Source: Iphione sp. A-MEVVRFRX5 (Eukaryota). Taken from it: a stretch of DNA of 64,000 nt. A program made the position numbers and the translations under genes. Shown piece after piece: positions 1 to 15,200 of the stretch. The stretch lies in the NCBI GenBank assembly GCA_976226885.1, contig OZ320317.1:70122001-70186000 (forward strand), read 5' to 3'. Numbering within the stretch: the stretch's first letter is position 1; every line of letters starts with the position of its first letter. A model generated the notes under the pieces. That model searched no databases. It was not told where the DNA came from and worked only from the letters and a program-made list of their open reading frames with translations.

Positions 1-2939
1 TACTGTCGACTGGAGTTGACATAGGCGACCTTGTCACTGTATCAGGTAGGACACAGCATCAGCAACTTTTATTTCATCATGGTGCCAAAGCTTTATCTGG
101 CTGTCGTTCACATAGTGGATAATCTGATTGTACATGAAAGCAGACAGTCTTCACAGGAAACTTATCTCTTGAGTTACTGGTAGTAAAGCTTACATTTTTA
201 TTGTTTGCTATATATTTACAGTTAAGTATTGATCATTCATCTAAAGTTTACTGTTGCACAGAATGTTGTGATTTAATTAAGCAGCTATACACAGAGGGGA
301 ATAACTTGAAACATTTCATGCATCACTGGACTGTCAGCCATCCTGCTTCTGCACAATGTTTAACCTTTTTTTGTCCCCTGCCTCATGGGGGAGGGGGGGC
401 ACCTTAGGAATGCTGCTGGCTGACTGACATTCCATCACACTCTTATGGGTCTGATAAGTCCAAAACCCTTCAGTCAAATGCATTGATTTTGATACATGAT
501 ACTTATGTATATAGACCCATGACACGGTGTAATTTTGATAGTAATTCAATTATTCTAAAAGTGAATTTATGCCAATTTTACTCTTTTGCGAATATAGCTA
601 CCAACATACATACCTTGTCTAGGGTCTGACAATGCACTAACATGCACACACACACTCACCAATACAGCCCTTCTACCAGCACCATCTTAAAGTCAGTCAA
701 ATAACAAAAGGAGGAAAATTTCTTCTCTGTAAGGCCATCAAGTGCCAATCGAGGTGGTTGTAGAGAGAAACCCCCCATCCCCACCCACCCAGCCATAGAA
801 AACTATTAAGTAACGAGTTAGCAATAGGTGCATGTAGGAGGTAGAAAGTGATGGTTAACTGTACTCGTAGGACCTACAGCCAATGAAATGTACCTAAGAT
901 CGTAATACTAAATACAATTCCTGCTATCATATGCACATCCATTGTATTCAGATAATGCACAATCGCAATACATTCTCATCTATCACCTAAGACAAGTCTT
1001 TCAAACACATGTAGTCGATTGCCAACTATGTCCTGATTAAGACCATTATGGTTATGCACATATACAATGAGCCCCTCTGGACCTAAATAAATTAAACAGT
1101 AACTAGAGAAGAAACTTTACTTTGTCCCAGTAAAATGTGAGTGGTTCAGTTGGAAACCTGTTATTTAAGGAATGGTTGAGTGGGCCTAATTGTAGCTTAG
1201 CTGTATTAGATTTCTGTATCTAGCACTAAGGGCTGTCTCTGCGTACATACAGCAGTCAAGCCTCACTGCCTTGCTCAGTACTCATACATTAACTGATCTC
1301 TGATGTTTTATGCAGGCAAGGTGACTGATGTAGATGAGGATACAGCCTTCTCCTGGCAGTCATGTGATGTGTGCGGGTCAGACCAGTTAGAATTACACAG
1401 GTAATTGGATGTACAGTGAAACTGCGCTTAGCAGGACACTGTTGATACCCAATGAAACTTTCCCCATTTAAGGGGTTCTAAGGAGATACATAAACTATAG
1501 ACTTGATTCAACTAGAATCTGCCTCATTGTAAGAGGTCGCTCTTGTTCTGAGGTGGCCCGATACTGCGGTTCTATTATAGCACTCAAGTTAAGAAAGATG
1601 AGTGATTCTACGTACTGTTCAGGTGGATGGGGAGGGCCCCATTGGGGCTTGTTTGCCATCGGCTGTCAGGGCCTCATGAAAGCCCTTACACCATCATGTA
1701 ATGGTTTGTTAACTTTCTGCCTCAGGACTGAGCACTTTGGACAAAAGATTCTGACCAGTGGAACATGCTATGTTACCAACTAATACTTGATATTTTCTTT
1801 CAGAGCTCTCTATTACTGTACAGAATGTGAAAGACCTGTCAAATGTCCCAGCACAAAAATGAATTTAGAGGTTTATGTAAACTGTGACATCCAAGGAGAA
1901 TATCAAGTTCCCGCAAGGATCAAGGTGAGACTTTTTTTGTGTTGTTTCGCAAAGAAATGTATCCTCTATGAACTGAAAATCATTTCTTACTGTATTTTCT
2001 TTCATTTCAGCTCCGTTTTTCAGGGTGGCATTGTATTTGTATTACATCATAAAAAATTGCAATATTTAATCTTTTGACTCCCATATTTTGTTTCAGCTCT
2101 TGCAAACAACTATTGAACGATTATTGCCGAGAGTTAGAAATAAAGAGGTAAGGGCATTTCGGTGATGGGGAGAGGTCTGCGATTCTTTGAGGCTGCCCAG
2201 TGTTGGTTGTGTAACTTGAAGTCAAAGTCAGGTGGTTTTTCTGTGGACACCCAACATAAGATCGTTCTGAGCAGTTTGAGCTGCTCCCATTGTGGCCTAC
2301 TTAGTGTAGCTCTATCACGAGGGACATTACATTGCTTTTGAACTTTGCTAGTGGCGAAATTGCTAAAGATGTTTGCTTCCTTGCTAGAGTACATGTACTA
2401 GCCATACTCCTGCAATGCAATCATTTATGGGCTTTTTTGATGTCGTAATAGAGCAACCACCAAGCAAAACGTGCCATTTAGGAGACTTAGTAGAAGTGCC
2501 ACTGTAATTAACGTTTTCATCGAGGCAACAACTTGCACTGTCGTCTGTCAGCCTCAGAAGTGAATAAGCTTTGACTATCTTTTAACATTGATGATCTCTA
2601 TAGTTTATATGCTCATAAATCTTCTTTATGAAAATGATGTAAAGCGCCAAGCATATCCAAGCAGACCTCGTATTAATCTTGGTAGTTTTTCTGATAGGAA
2701 AAATACAAGTAATGGAAACGTTTCCTTACAAAAGTGAAATTATTCGAAACGTAACACATTTCCTAAAACGTTTTATGGAAACAAAATCTGTTCTCTTCCA
2801 GCATTACGATATGCAGGTTATTATGAACAAACACGTGGGACCTCTTCCATGTTATGTCTCGGCTGTTGTGGAGAAAAATCCTCATGATACCAGAAAAGAC
2901 ACTGGGATACAGCTGTTGGAGATACCTTTAGCCAAATGA
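1..2939 (+). CDS. SPIDR: SPIDR (scaffold protein involved in DNA repair, KIAA0146-like), last five coding exons; gene starts upstream of the window
   Basis: Phase-consistent GT-AG exons <1-45, 1316-1400, 1804-1924, 2097-2147, 2802-2939 give ...SGKVTDVDEDTAFSWQSCDVCGSDQLELHRALYYCTECERPVKCPSTKMNLEVYVNC...KLLQTTIERLLP...HYDMQVIMNKHVGPLPCYV...*. This matches my recollection of the human SPIDR C-terminus (VDENTAFSWPVCDMCG...FSCGDC...VKLLQRSISSLL...VGLLNCFV). Confidence 0.85.
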
Positions 2940-5249
2940 TGTAAAAGCCTCTCTCAAGGGAACCACAGCTTAAAACTACTACAAATCCTTTTCTCACTTA
3001 AGGTTTTGACTTAAGTTCTACTGTTGACGATTGCCGTGAGAACACTGGCAATGAATAGACTGTCTGATGGTGGCACCACCTGTGCATGTATCTCAGCTAA
3101 ACATCGGTGTGTAAACATCGGTGTGCAACAGTATAATCAAGTCAAAATCACACTTCACTGGTAAGTTTGTGTAATCTGTTCATTATAATAGATGAACATT
3201 TCTGTAATTATAATACTGTGGACAGTTGATAAAAAAAACTATAAATTGTGTTCATCAAGAAGCTATCATTGCCGACCAGCTGTAAGTCATAGTATGGTAT
3301 GCACACATGAAAAGTTGCCCAAATGGTCAATGTTTTAATTTGTTTGATGTCAAAGGATTTAGTAACACGACGAGTTCTAATATATTCAATTTTTTAGGGA
3401 TTTCCCAGTGAATCATTTTAAAGAATGTTTTTTCTTTAACATTATATGCAATGGAAAGTGGTCTTAATAAGTATAGATCATGTTCGCTGTGCGTTCACAT
3501 CCAAGACCTAGATGTTATTTAGTGTCAGGCCCTTTTACAATTGAAAGCATCCTTATCCAAAACTGATATATTGTAAATGGAAATGGGTTCTTTACTGGAA
3601 CTTTGTGATAAAAATGATAATAACAGTGACTTGTTATTCTTTTAAAAGAATATTGAGAGGAAGCCCCGTTAAGGCGCCCTGTAGGTAGACAGACAACCGA
3701 GCTGGTCAGATGACTTCGCATGAAAGCGAGTACATTGTATATCAAGCTAAATAAACAAATACATGTATATGACCCAATGCCACCATTCTAGCGTTTATCT
3801 AAGGTGCAAGGGAATTCCATTCTTGGTTCTCATCAAACGTAGGTAAACCTGGCTGTCTTTAATTACCTATCTTTTACTGTCCATGAATAAACATAACTTG
3901 CACTATTACTGGTGCCGCCTACCACACCTAGATAAACATCAGTTACCAACAGCAGTAACCCAACCCACACTACCATCCATTTACAACCGGAAGTTCAGGA
4001 CTTAGATCTGTCTCCCTACATAAAGGTGCTGTCTGTATGAATCAATAACACATTTCCACTGGGATCTTCATAATCCTCCAAATACACTATTTGCACTATC
4101 GTTGGTTGCTACCAACAAAAATGGTTCCCAGGTGACCACAGCTGTTTCCATGTGAAAGATGGTAATGGATCTAGGAGTGTACCGTAACACTCAGTGTACA
4201 TGATCGTGAGTTCTAGGGGTTCCAGTTCCAGAGAAGAGACACCTACTGGCCACCCTTCGGGCAACCTGCGAACTACAAACAAACGTGAATTGTGAAGAGG
4301 TAGCACATATGTCCTCTCCATTATCTGAAAGATGCCTTCCACTGTCCATCTTGGATTTCTAAATCTTCATTTATTACACGCATATTTGCCTTGGAAGTAC
4401 GACTTGTAACACTTATTGAAACGATTCAATTTTTAAAATGCTTGAAAAAAGAGGTTAGCACTCACTTCAGGTAGCGACACTTATAGGAAAGACAGAGAGG
4501 GTTTCGTAAGTCTTCCTCCATAGACATGCCCGAATTAAGAACAGTTTAGGAAAGTACCATAGGTGTAGCTACTAGAGCTTTTCCACCATATTTAATTAAA
4601 AAGACAAGTCATTTCTGTGCTCAGAAACATCGAATAAGTTGCATTTTCCAAAACAGTCGATGCAACAACCATTTTTCGATTTTTCCTTTTAAAGCCAAGA
4701 AGTCGATGCACTTAATACCATGCGCGTAATATAGAGGTTGCTCAGTGTACTTAATTAATGCAGTATAGGGAGGCCCATCATATGTATTAAGAATAGTGAT
4801 TTCCTTATAGGAAATTTTAATAAGAAAACTCCCTCCACATTTGCAGCTATCACGCCTGGATATGAGCATTGATACATGGCCTTTTACAGGCACCTTGTTC
4901 ATAAATGTCAAACGCAACAATTTGCATTATTTTCGGGCAAGTCTCTGTGAACTAATGACTACCAAATGTCTAAGTTGAGTGAGACCTGTTCAAATCTATT
5001 CCGAGTCCGTTTGCATGACAACTCTGTCCAGGTTTTACACAAAGGCATCCATTAGCGTTGTGATTGGACACATGTAAACAATCAGTGCATATTCACCCAC
5101 GCACTCACTGCGGCATATCAATTAGTGTAAACAATGTGTGCATGTTAAAGCCCCCTTAGTGAAGCTTTAATTATAATTTTTTATATCATTATTTTTCTCT
5201 ATTGAAGCATTAATATGGATTATTATACACTAGACCAATTGATTTGTAG

Positions 5250-5376
5250 AGAGAGAGAGAGAGAAAGGGATATGACTTCAAGCCCAGACCCCCTCCACAA
5301 TCACTTTGCGACCATATTCAGAATTACGACCATTTTGGGCCGACCCAAGTGATGGTCGCAAAGCGAGTTTCTCCTG
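5250..5376. mobile_element. Isolated right end of the Tc1/mariner-type MITE family seen intact at 56250-56984
   Basis: Near-identical to ~56861-56984, ending GGTCGCAAAGCGAGTTTCTCCTG|TA; no matching left end seen. Confidence 0.7.
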
Positions 5377-6236
5377 TAGTCCACTTTTGCTACGAGGAGC
5401 ACCTCTAGGATTAAACGCAATTTGGTCCCTCTTGCAGTCTGGTCTTCTTTGTGGTCTCTTCCTACATACAGATGCCTCTTCCTACATATTTTAGTTTTAC
5501 TAAAATCCTCCCTCCCCTTTGTCATCTGGTCTCTAAGTGAGTGTCAACTCTGTGCGTGCGGCTTGGTTTCACCTCTATTGTCAGAACTCTTATCAGAGGC
5601 ACATCATTCCGGCAGTTTTCAGAATTTCAACTAAAAACCTCTGGGCATGAATTCTAGAGAAATTCCCAAATTTGTTATAAAGGTTTCATTATCAAATGAA
5701 TCTTTAAATGAGGTATAACTGCAAAGAGGTAATAATGAGGGGAATAGACGGCTCCAGATATGCAGGAAACAAGATTTCTTATAGAACGGGTTTAACTAGT
5801 CGAAGTAAATTAAATGGACGTGCAAATATAACTTAAGTAGCCAAGAAGACAACGCGCTACATGTTGGTCAAGTTTTAATTCTTTTTACAGCAACAGATTT
5901 ACACCATCTACTTTCATAAATCCCTTTATACCGATGTACATAAACATGGTTCCCTTCGTGATGTAATTCGTGTATTGTAGTACAAAATATGTATCAATAA
6001 TGTTACAAGAGTCTATTACACTGAATATACTTCCAGATTTAAGAATGATTACACCTTGCCAACAAAATATATTCAAAAGTAACCTTTAGGAGTGAATATT
6101 CTCACAATTTTATGTTTTTACAGTGTTGATTTTGTTATAAAATCACAAAGACGAGTGCACTATCTTGCGCAAACCACACACATCCATGAATGAAGTGCTC
6201 AACAAAATTTGAGTCTAACTTCCATCTTCATCTCAT

Positions 6237-9200
6237 TTACTTGACGAGAAAACTGAAAAAGAAAAGGATTGAGTCATACACAAAGTTTCTACTTTTTTAG
6301 AGGTAGCAGTGCTGATACAGTGGTTGAATTTTAAAGCAAGCTTGTGTATTCCTACACCCCTCTGTTCAGCCAAGCAGAACCGAGGGTTGTAAACTTGCAG
6401 GAGGGATCAAAGTACAAGATACTATTTTACAACCCTTATAGTACACCTATGGTGTGTACATGTATCTACTCGATTTATACATGAATCATACTGATTTACT
6501 AGTTCGTGGAAATTACCATAGGAATCACTTATAATTACTTTATATGGTCTAATTTTTCCTATGCATGTAGCAGAAAGTAGCGACCTTATAATGGAAGAGA
6601 TTTAAAGAGCGTACGATGAGATACTGGGTAATGTTTACTAACAATCTTTCAATTTTATTGAATGCTCGCTTAAAATCGCACCCACCTGTATGGATAACCT
6701 TGGTATTTTGCTCTGAATACTGAGAGCAACAGACTGAAGAACAGGGCCACCGACACCAAACCAGTGATCACCACAACTAAAAAAAGTAATTTCCATATTT
6801 CATTTACAACACATACACTGAACATATGCTAATATAAACACAAAATTAAAAGAATCTTGCCAGTGCTACTGAACGGCAGTGTTGTGGCATCCGAAGTGGT
6901 CAGCCTGGTTTCACATTTAATTTTTGTGTTTTTTTTACACTGCCACCTATTCATTATTAAGTGACAGGCAGTACTACGTAGGTCTACATTTTGTTTGTGT
7001 ATGTGTGTATTAAATGTCATGAATCTTTGTCAGTGTCCTATGTGAGCTCGCAAAGGCGTTCAAACAATTATGAAAGGTTTTATCAAAGTGCAAAGCCCTC
7101 TGATACCATATTTTATTTTTGATATTATTATTAATAATTATCATTATAATGATCATCATAGTACCAGCATTACAATAAAACAAAACCCATCTTTAAATTC
7201 CATACTGACCCATTTTTTATATCGTTAACTGGGATTTTGCTTTGTCTCCTTTATATTATGTTAACAATACAATAACCCCCCCCCAACCTTCCCCATGTAA
7301 TTAAGTCTCACTCTCTAATAAGAAAGGGCCATGTAGTATTTCATTTGGTTTTTTTATCACTTAGAATCCCCTTGTCTTATCAATGTTGCACGATTTTCAC
7401 AAGACAGACGTCAGCAGGTTTATTATGAACACTTACTTCGCTTCTTGCTGGCATCTCCTTTAATATTGTTTGCTTCGTTCAGCAAAATCATCCCGACAAC
7501 AACAGCAACATCTGGTATCTCGAGTTAAGGAAGTTCATGCAATTGCTTTCATTCCAACAGTAACAGATTAAAACAAAGAAATTTTTGCAGGTGTTTCATC
7601 TCAAGAAAATGTATTCATTATTCTACTATTTTCTGGTTGATTAACATTAACAGTTTTCCCAGCAGAGATGTACTGCAGGTTCCATAAGAGACAGATGAAC
7701 GTGGGGGAAGAGAAAGAGAGAGCAAAACGTAGAGCCCTCCTCCTTCATACACATACATACAGATGCAGGTGATGCCAGAGAGGACAGCAAAGGCTTGCTG
7801 TCTTACGTTATGTCATTTGATGTGCAGTGTATAATGTGCACGGATTCAGTGAGGGGGTAGTATGCAAAACCCCATCACCTCCACCTATACACATGCTTGT
7901 GCATACAGCAGTTAGCAATGGTTCCCAGTTTAACACCAAATCATTTGGTGTGCACTGTACTGTACCCAATGTCAGTGTGCACTGTGTATAAATACTATGT
8001 GTGCCTCAAGCTATTAAGTGTGAATGTGTAAACATGTCCTACATCATATAATTCTGTATTATGTATACTGTGCGTGTCTGACAGTGCATCAATTAGTGCA
8101 CACTGTTTATATGCTTTGTGCATGAAACTGTGTCAGTCAGTATGCACCATGTATACTCTATGTGCCTGACATTGTGCCATTTAGTAGGCACTGTGTATAC
8201 TTTTTATACCTAACAATGTGTCAGCAAGTGTACACTGTGTGTGCTCATTGTACCTGATACTGTATCAATCATGTACAGTAGGACGTCCCATATGCGGACA
8301 CCCTTGGTTCTGTCCCAAACTGTCCGGATTTCAGATGTGTCCTGATTATAGATCACTTAGCAGTAAATGAGATGTGTATACATTATTATTATTAAATTTG
8401 AAGAATAAGGGTCCTAAAAGTACTAAATTTGATGATCAAGAGTCCTAAAAGTACTGAATTTGATGAATAAGTGTCCAAAAAGGACTGAATTTGATGATAA
8501 AGAGTCCTAAAATTACTGAATTTGAAAAGTAAAAATCCAAAAAGTACTGAATTTGATGAGTAGAAGTCCTAAAATTACTGAATTTAATGATTAAGAATCC
8601 AAAAAGTACTGAATACAGTGGGGTCTGTGAAAATGACTACTGAGGTCTCTCTGCTGCCTCTGGAGCCTCCCTTCACATGACAACACCTCGTCCACAGGGT
8701 TTATTCATAACTACCTTTGAAAATGACTTCTGGAGCCTCTCTGGAGCTCCAAATTCACGCAACAACACCTTGCTCACAGGGTTTATTCATAACTACCTCT
8801 GGAAATGACTTCTGAAGATTCTCTGCAGTCCCAAATTTGCCCAACAAACAGTGTCCATAGGCAGAAGTTTTGTAAAATTAGCTGTTCTTATTGTAGACAT
8901 CTGTGTGTAATGCTTAAGTATAGAAAACATATTGGTTCTTTTTTAAATCGTCCGCATTTGAGATGCATCTGCATCCCAGAAGTGTCTGTGAGGGGACATT
9001 GCACTGTATATGTGTCATACATCACGTCTTACATCTATCGGAGTATGAAGTATGACCCTCTGCCTACCTATCTATTGAACTCCTCCCCCCTTTCAAACCA
9101 CTAATCCACCAATCAGCTTGGGTTAGAGTGTCAAGTGTCCATGAGGTCTGCATGGGGGGGGGAATGTATTACTGTCCCCTACACTTGTCACCCTGCCCCT

Positions 9201-12200
9201 TAGCCTTTGAAGAAATACTCTCCAGGAAAAATGAGCCCTAGAATATATGAACAACAAGCACCGAAACATCACCGTTTCTTAGCTGTCTTGCCAGTAAGGC
9301 AACCTCTGATAAGTGTTCTCTGCTAGCTGGGATGTTTTATGAGGCATAACTGCATTCCAACCAAGTCGGCCAGGCCTCACGATGCCAAGGAGTAGCGGGC
9401 GGCCCTATCTGACATCCAATTTTCACTCTCTTAAAACAAGAAACAATGTTTTTTTAAATCCAGAACTGACAGCAACAGTCATAATGCAGATTACACGCAA
9501 TTAACGATCGCCTACCAGCGGGACGTCAAAATGACGCAACGACAATGTTCATATTTTGGTGCTGCAGTGAAGGAAAAGTTTTAGCCGCACAACGGCATTT
9601 TAATGTTCACTCGCTGGTCAGCGATCGGTCAATTACTAAAGAAAAACCAAACCTCCGCTGTCCTCCACAGAATGCTTTAGTACAATGTCCATACCACAGC
9701 TCAGGGGGGAAGGGGGTGGATACTTAGGGAATTTCTATCGGTCAATAAAGCATGCGTTTTATGTTACCCACACTAATCCTTTTAGGCACTCCAACAAGCT
9801 CGAATACTGGGCAGGAGCATAGGGAGGGACAGGGCCGTCTGCTTTGTCTCCCTCCATGCAGCCACGCTCGACTATTACTGGTACCTGTTACCTGTCAAGG
9901 CTCTCTTAAGTGCCACACAAGTGCATACGTAGGATGTGAGCATGCCGGGGGAATGCTTATGTGCACTGAAAACAGTTTAAGTAACAGAATCGTGGGGATG
10001 GGATGACTTTTTTGGGACATGACATGCAAATCATGCGCAGGGTTGAAAATAACAAGATGATAGATACAGTGCGCCATTACAATGAAGGTCTCTGCTATGA
10101 ATTGCATATCAACGTCAGGGTAAATGAAAATCTGAAATGAAGCAAAAACGAAGAGATTCTATGAAACGAAGAGTTCAAAACTTGGGTTTACCACAAGGAA
10201 ACGTAGTTTGTGACGTCATTTAACCCTCTTGTCACTAAGCATTTGTCTTCTTAATGAAAATGAACAGGCTGTGGCACCTTATGACTAGTAAACTGGCTGC
10301 TCTGGTAAGACCTGGACAAGAAAATCCTACGTACATTTTATTTATTTTACAAGAATTTAGAGTGGCAGCAAATAAGGGTTCCACGATACATACCTCGAGG
10401 CACTCCATGGAAATTTTTTAAGAAATTCATTAAGATGCTATGTGTCAAAAAAGGGCTAAAAACGCTACAGTTGACCTTCATTACTTATTAAACAAGACTT
10501 CACCGTAATGGGGGTCAACTGTAGAGAGACTTCAGCTGAACTAAACTGGGTGTTTCAGGTCAATCATCCAGTTAACCATGCATTTGATTAATATAAACAG
10601 TACAGGTATACCTCTCTTAATGAATCATCTGGGAACAAAACCTTTTTATAACAGCTGGTGGGTTTTTTTTGGTAAACTTAGTGGTCTTAGGTGACTGTTT
10701 AGAAACCTATAAGTGTTTATGATTTATTCAAAAACGTATTTAAAAACCATGAAATTTAGGAAATTTCTCACAACAAAATGAAATCATGGAACACTAGTAA
10801 AAAGACGTGTTGTATCTATGGCTTGCTGAACCACACTCAGTATGATGTCACACTCTTGGGTCCATCTCATGCTCTGCTCCCTTGGCATGCCCCACATGTG
10901 CTATCATGGTACACAGCCGCGTCATTAACTGAGATATACCTATACTATAGACAAAATATACTATAGACAAAAAATCTCCATGTGTTACACTGAATTGGGT
11001 GCGGGTTATCAGAGAATTTGATTGCAAATGGCATTGGTTAAATGGACGTGACTTTATTAGTTACTAGGCTCCTAGAGTATGAATACTTAACTAAAAATAA
11101 ACATTACAAGACGCTGACAAGGGAAGGAGTGAAAGTCAGTTAGTGACATCGAGTAGAGTGTTATGCCGTGGTCTATTTAGAGAAACCACAACTTGTTATT
11201 ACATATGTACTGCACTTTTTGTACTGGCCCTGAAATCAATGTATCCTTCTTAAACACATGCATTTGCCTTAAAGTATCTTTGCTCTAGACCCACATGTGT
11301 TTAAAGAGTGCCAACATCATGCTAACCATCCCCCTTTTTTTCAACTGTTCACTTGAAAGCCACTAATGTAATGTTACACAACTGATGTCACACTGTCCAC
11401 ATACGGTGGAGATTTTGTATGTGAGCAATGTGTGAATCTACCCGAACATAAAAACAATGGACATTTTTAGGCGGAGTAGATCCAGAACGAGAGAGAGCAG
11501 GGTGCAGTTTTGATGTCAAAAATATATACATGTACGTGTATACACAACAAATATATAGACAAATTACCAGTCAAACAAGCTGACCAGCACAGACCAGGTT
11601 CCCTCACCATCTGGAATAGCAGTGGCGAACAAACTTCAGGTGCTCACATCATTGTACCTAAGGCCACATTTCCAGGTATCCCTGTAGTGTACACACCTGT
11701 GAATTGCCATGAGCGGCCTTGCCATGTCTCTGTGATAATGTGTATCTATGTTGTGTGTTCATTGTTTACATCTCCATAATTAACCAAAGTTCACAATCTA
11801 TAGAGGCAGCTGTTATCCTATATTCCCAAAATACATGGAGAACCATGCATGAACAGACAACGCGGATACAGGCGCACATGAAAATTAGGCCTTATTATCC
11901 AAACTCTACCCAAGTAGTGCCGTTTCAAGTGCTCACAATGAATTATAGGCTCCGAAAATTTGAAAGTCCTATGAAAAGCACACACCAAGTTTTCTATAAG
12001 TATTGGACAAAAAGGTCTGAGAAATCCTGAGTGTCAGACTGCAGTATTCCAAAGTTCCCTAGCCTAAAGACAGGGGAACAATAACGGAGACCTGATTCGT
12101 ACCTAGGGGAGACGGAAGCCTATTTTCAATGAGGATAGTGCTAAATCAGATCATGGAAGTCACAGAATGATAACACTGATGCGGGAGTGGGAGCGTCACC

Positions 12201-15200
12201 CATTCCCCTCGGGCTCCTGTGTCGGTCCCCTTTCATTTTAAGTTAGTAAAACTGAAGACGTGGCTGAGGACACTCCAGTAAAAAAAATGATTTTAAGTTA
12301 GAACGTCGATTTGACGCAACCCAGAGGTGAGACCACACGTAGCAACCTCTAAGATAAAGCTGCTAAACAGAGTAATATTTACACAGTGCAGACTGCATAC
12401 ACAGCCTCCATTCACATTTCCTTCGACATCCCCACTAAATTATCACTGGCTTAATGCTAACATCACGAGAGCACAAAACTAAGGGTGTAGGAAGTTACAG
12501 ACATCTACCATCACGCTGCTGCTGATTTAATAGTATATTCTTTAGTAAAATTTCGTTTCACTGCTAGGAATGCTTTATGCGGCTGGTCCATTCAGAGTTG
12601 ATAAAAAAGGAAGAAAAAGGCGATAACTATCTATAAGAAAAGCAAGAGTCTATGCTATGTGTCAGTGTAAGTCAAACCGCTATTTTGTCGCTAACAAGCA
12701 AAACAAATGACGAAAATGTATACTGAAAAAGAAAAGGAAACTAAAATTTAAAATCTTAAATGACATAGTGCTTGAACAAGACGTGTTCTTCTAAACAGGC
12801 ATCTAACACGGTGCTATGCTAGATTCTCTCAGGGTTGGATGTGCCTAATACGCTACTACTACTGAAATGATGTGGGTCCAGTATAAAGGATACTCAGGAA
12901 GATGACAATGTAGGTCTCCACAATGAACTGCCCTTGGCTACTGGCATGAATGTAATGCTGTAAACAACAGTGCACCGTCAGACATGAGTGATCCACTATT
13001 TTACATCATTAAAGAAATCTATGAGCTGTAAGAGGTTCTCCCACTGATAAAGGGACAGAAAATTGATTTAATAATTACTCGACACATATAATTACAGTCG
13101 AACAACCCCATTCGGACAGACCAGTGGATAGAGCTGGAATTGACCGAGTTCCGACTTATGTTGCAATTATAATGCACACCAACAAAATAATGTAATTGAT
13201 TTTAACAAAAGCACGCAAATGATGTAGATCGCCCTTGATACGTAAAAACTGTCAAAGCCACAACGTCATATGCATTATCACGTAAGTCGGCGATCGGTCA
13301 ATTATCTGCAAAGTGGTCATGTCCCCAGTGTGATTTATTATATTAAGTCAAATCACTTAGTTCTGAGGTCAACCTGTCCACTAGCTGATCACGTCTGTTT
13401 TTGGTCTCTCCATAATGTGTTGTTTGTATTTTGTCTCCCAAACTCTTATCATTCGTGCAAGCAAAAGCAACCAGGAACTAGCAAAGTTAGCCAGATTCAA
13501 GTGCGATAAACAACGAAAAATATCTACTTGATAATATGGTACAACTACAACAATGATATCTGCAGGTTTTACATTACTGACCACTTGTCCAGTGCTGGGG
13601 TTTTTGTGCATGAGAGGTGGACCACGGATGTGATTCCACATTTGTCCAGATGTCATGGCAAATATGATTGACTGCAAAGAGATAAGAAAGAAGATACTTA
13701 AGCTGGAAAGCCGGATGTTGATTTTAATGGTTACAATTTTAGGCAGTCATTTTGTTGTGGGAATTTATAGAAAGAAAGTCAAATATACAAAACACCAGTG
13801 AAACCCAGGCCTTCCCTGGCCGTGACGAGCAAGTCCCACCCATCCAGAGACGCATATCTGATCAGGGCACCCAAGAGAGGCACACGACAGCTCAGTATCG
13901 GCTCACACATCAAACAGCTTGGCACACATTTTAAACGTTTCCTATAGTGGAAATCCAACGATCTTCTAGAAAATACTAATCACTGGGTCTGATCCCCACT
14001 GATTACATTGACCACCTAATATGGTCACTTGTGAACATGTGTCTAATATATGGTTAGCTTAAATACCATTTGAGCATATCTTAGTCAAATATCTGTAAAT
14101 GTGAAAAAATGGGCACTGTCCCAATGTTTACGCCTGCGGATCAGTAACAGGAAAAACTGTGGGTGCTTCCTGAAATACATATACATGGAAATCCATGCAA
14201 ATCCCCCCCCCCGCACCCCCCACCCCCCCAAAAAAAATCATCCATATATATACATACAGCTGGCTTTATTGGACTGAGAAAACAGTATAGTTACTGTAAG
14301 GTTTCGGTAACCTAGCTTGCGCTCATCCGAACAGTATTCGCCATTGCACACTTGGTTCACTTGACGGGGCAAACCGCATTAGAATCTATATGACAATCTA
14401 AACTTGAGATGTACTTACCAAGGCAGCAATAGCCCAGGACGTCTTATTGTAGAGGAATTCGAGGCTGTTACGCTTAAGATACAAAAGGCCCCCAACCAGG
14501 GAAAAGAGCAGGGCAAGTGCCAAGGTCCCCGAGTAGTTTGGTGGTCGGAACACCCTGATCTGTAAGAAAGTGGAAAAAAAACGTATAAGAATATTGAGGT
14601 TTAGTGTTTTTTTAAACCGATTTCTTCGTTTTTTTTTCAACAAAATTATCCTAAGTACTTATACGTGTTTGTACCATAGGTGTTATGTAAACATATGCAC
14701 GTTGACTAGGACACATTTAATTCAAAGTATTCGTAAAAGATAAAGGTTTCCCTATTCAGAATATGGAAACGTAGACGGGAAACATGGATACATGTAAACC
14801 CATTCGAAACATCTGTTTTTCATTCGAGGAACGTCTGGATTATTCGGTTCTAATTCCAGTTGAAAATATGAAGCATAATTACATGAACATCTGTACGTTC
14901 TGCAACCCACCGGGCTACATTTTCTGCTGAGAATCCAACTCTGAAATTGAAATGTTCAGAATATAAAACACAAAAGCAAAAGAAGACGCTTGATGAAGAT
15001 TAACAGATGGCTAATGCCTCTGCAGATTCACCAGGTTTGTGGCTAGTGTCAAAGAATCATATCCAAACCCTGACAAAGGAAGTTTCATACTTGCCTGTGG
15101 ATTTCTAAAGTATCACCACGTTTAGGCTTTCCCTTTGGTGGAAAATGCATGAAAACTGGTGCTGAATTGAGCTTCAACTGAAAAGATCATTGACATTCCC

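Larger units (their letters stand above)
7512..12893 (-). other. U12-type (minor spliceosome) GT-AG intron 8 of TUSC3/MAGT1, ~5.4 kb
   Basis: 5' splice site GTATCCTTT (12893-12885); branch site TTCCTTAAC (7532-7524) 12 nt before the CAG acceptor, with no polypyrimidine tract; the junction keeps the frame (FLN|[10 protein letters not shown]). Confidence 0.93.

Noticed and set aside
3000-5200. Short ORFs between SPIDR and TUSC3/MAGT1
   Set aside because: No recognisable domains or coherent splice pattern; probably UTR or decayed repeat.
11567-11697. Exon-like segment (cag...|gtaatt) on the minus strand inside the U12 intron
   Set aside because: Not needed for the complete 327-aa protein, and the two frames I translated contain stops; at most a cryptic or poison exon, with no support.
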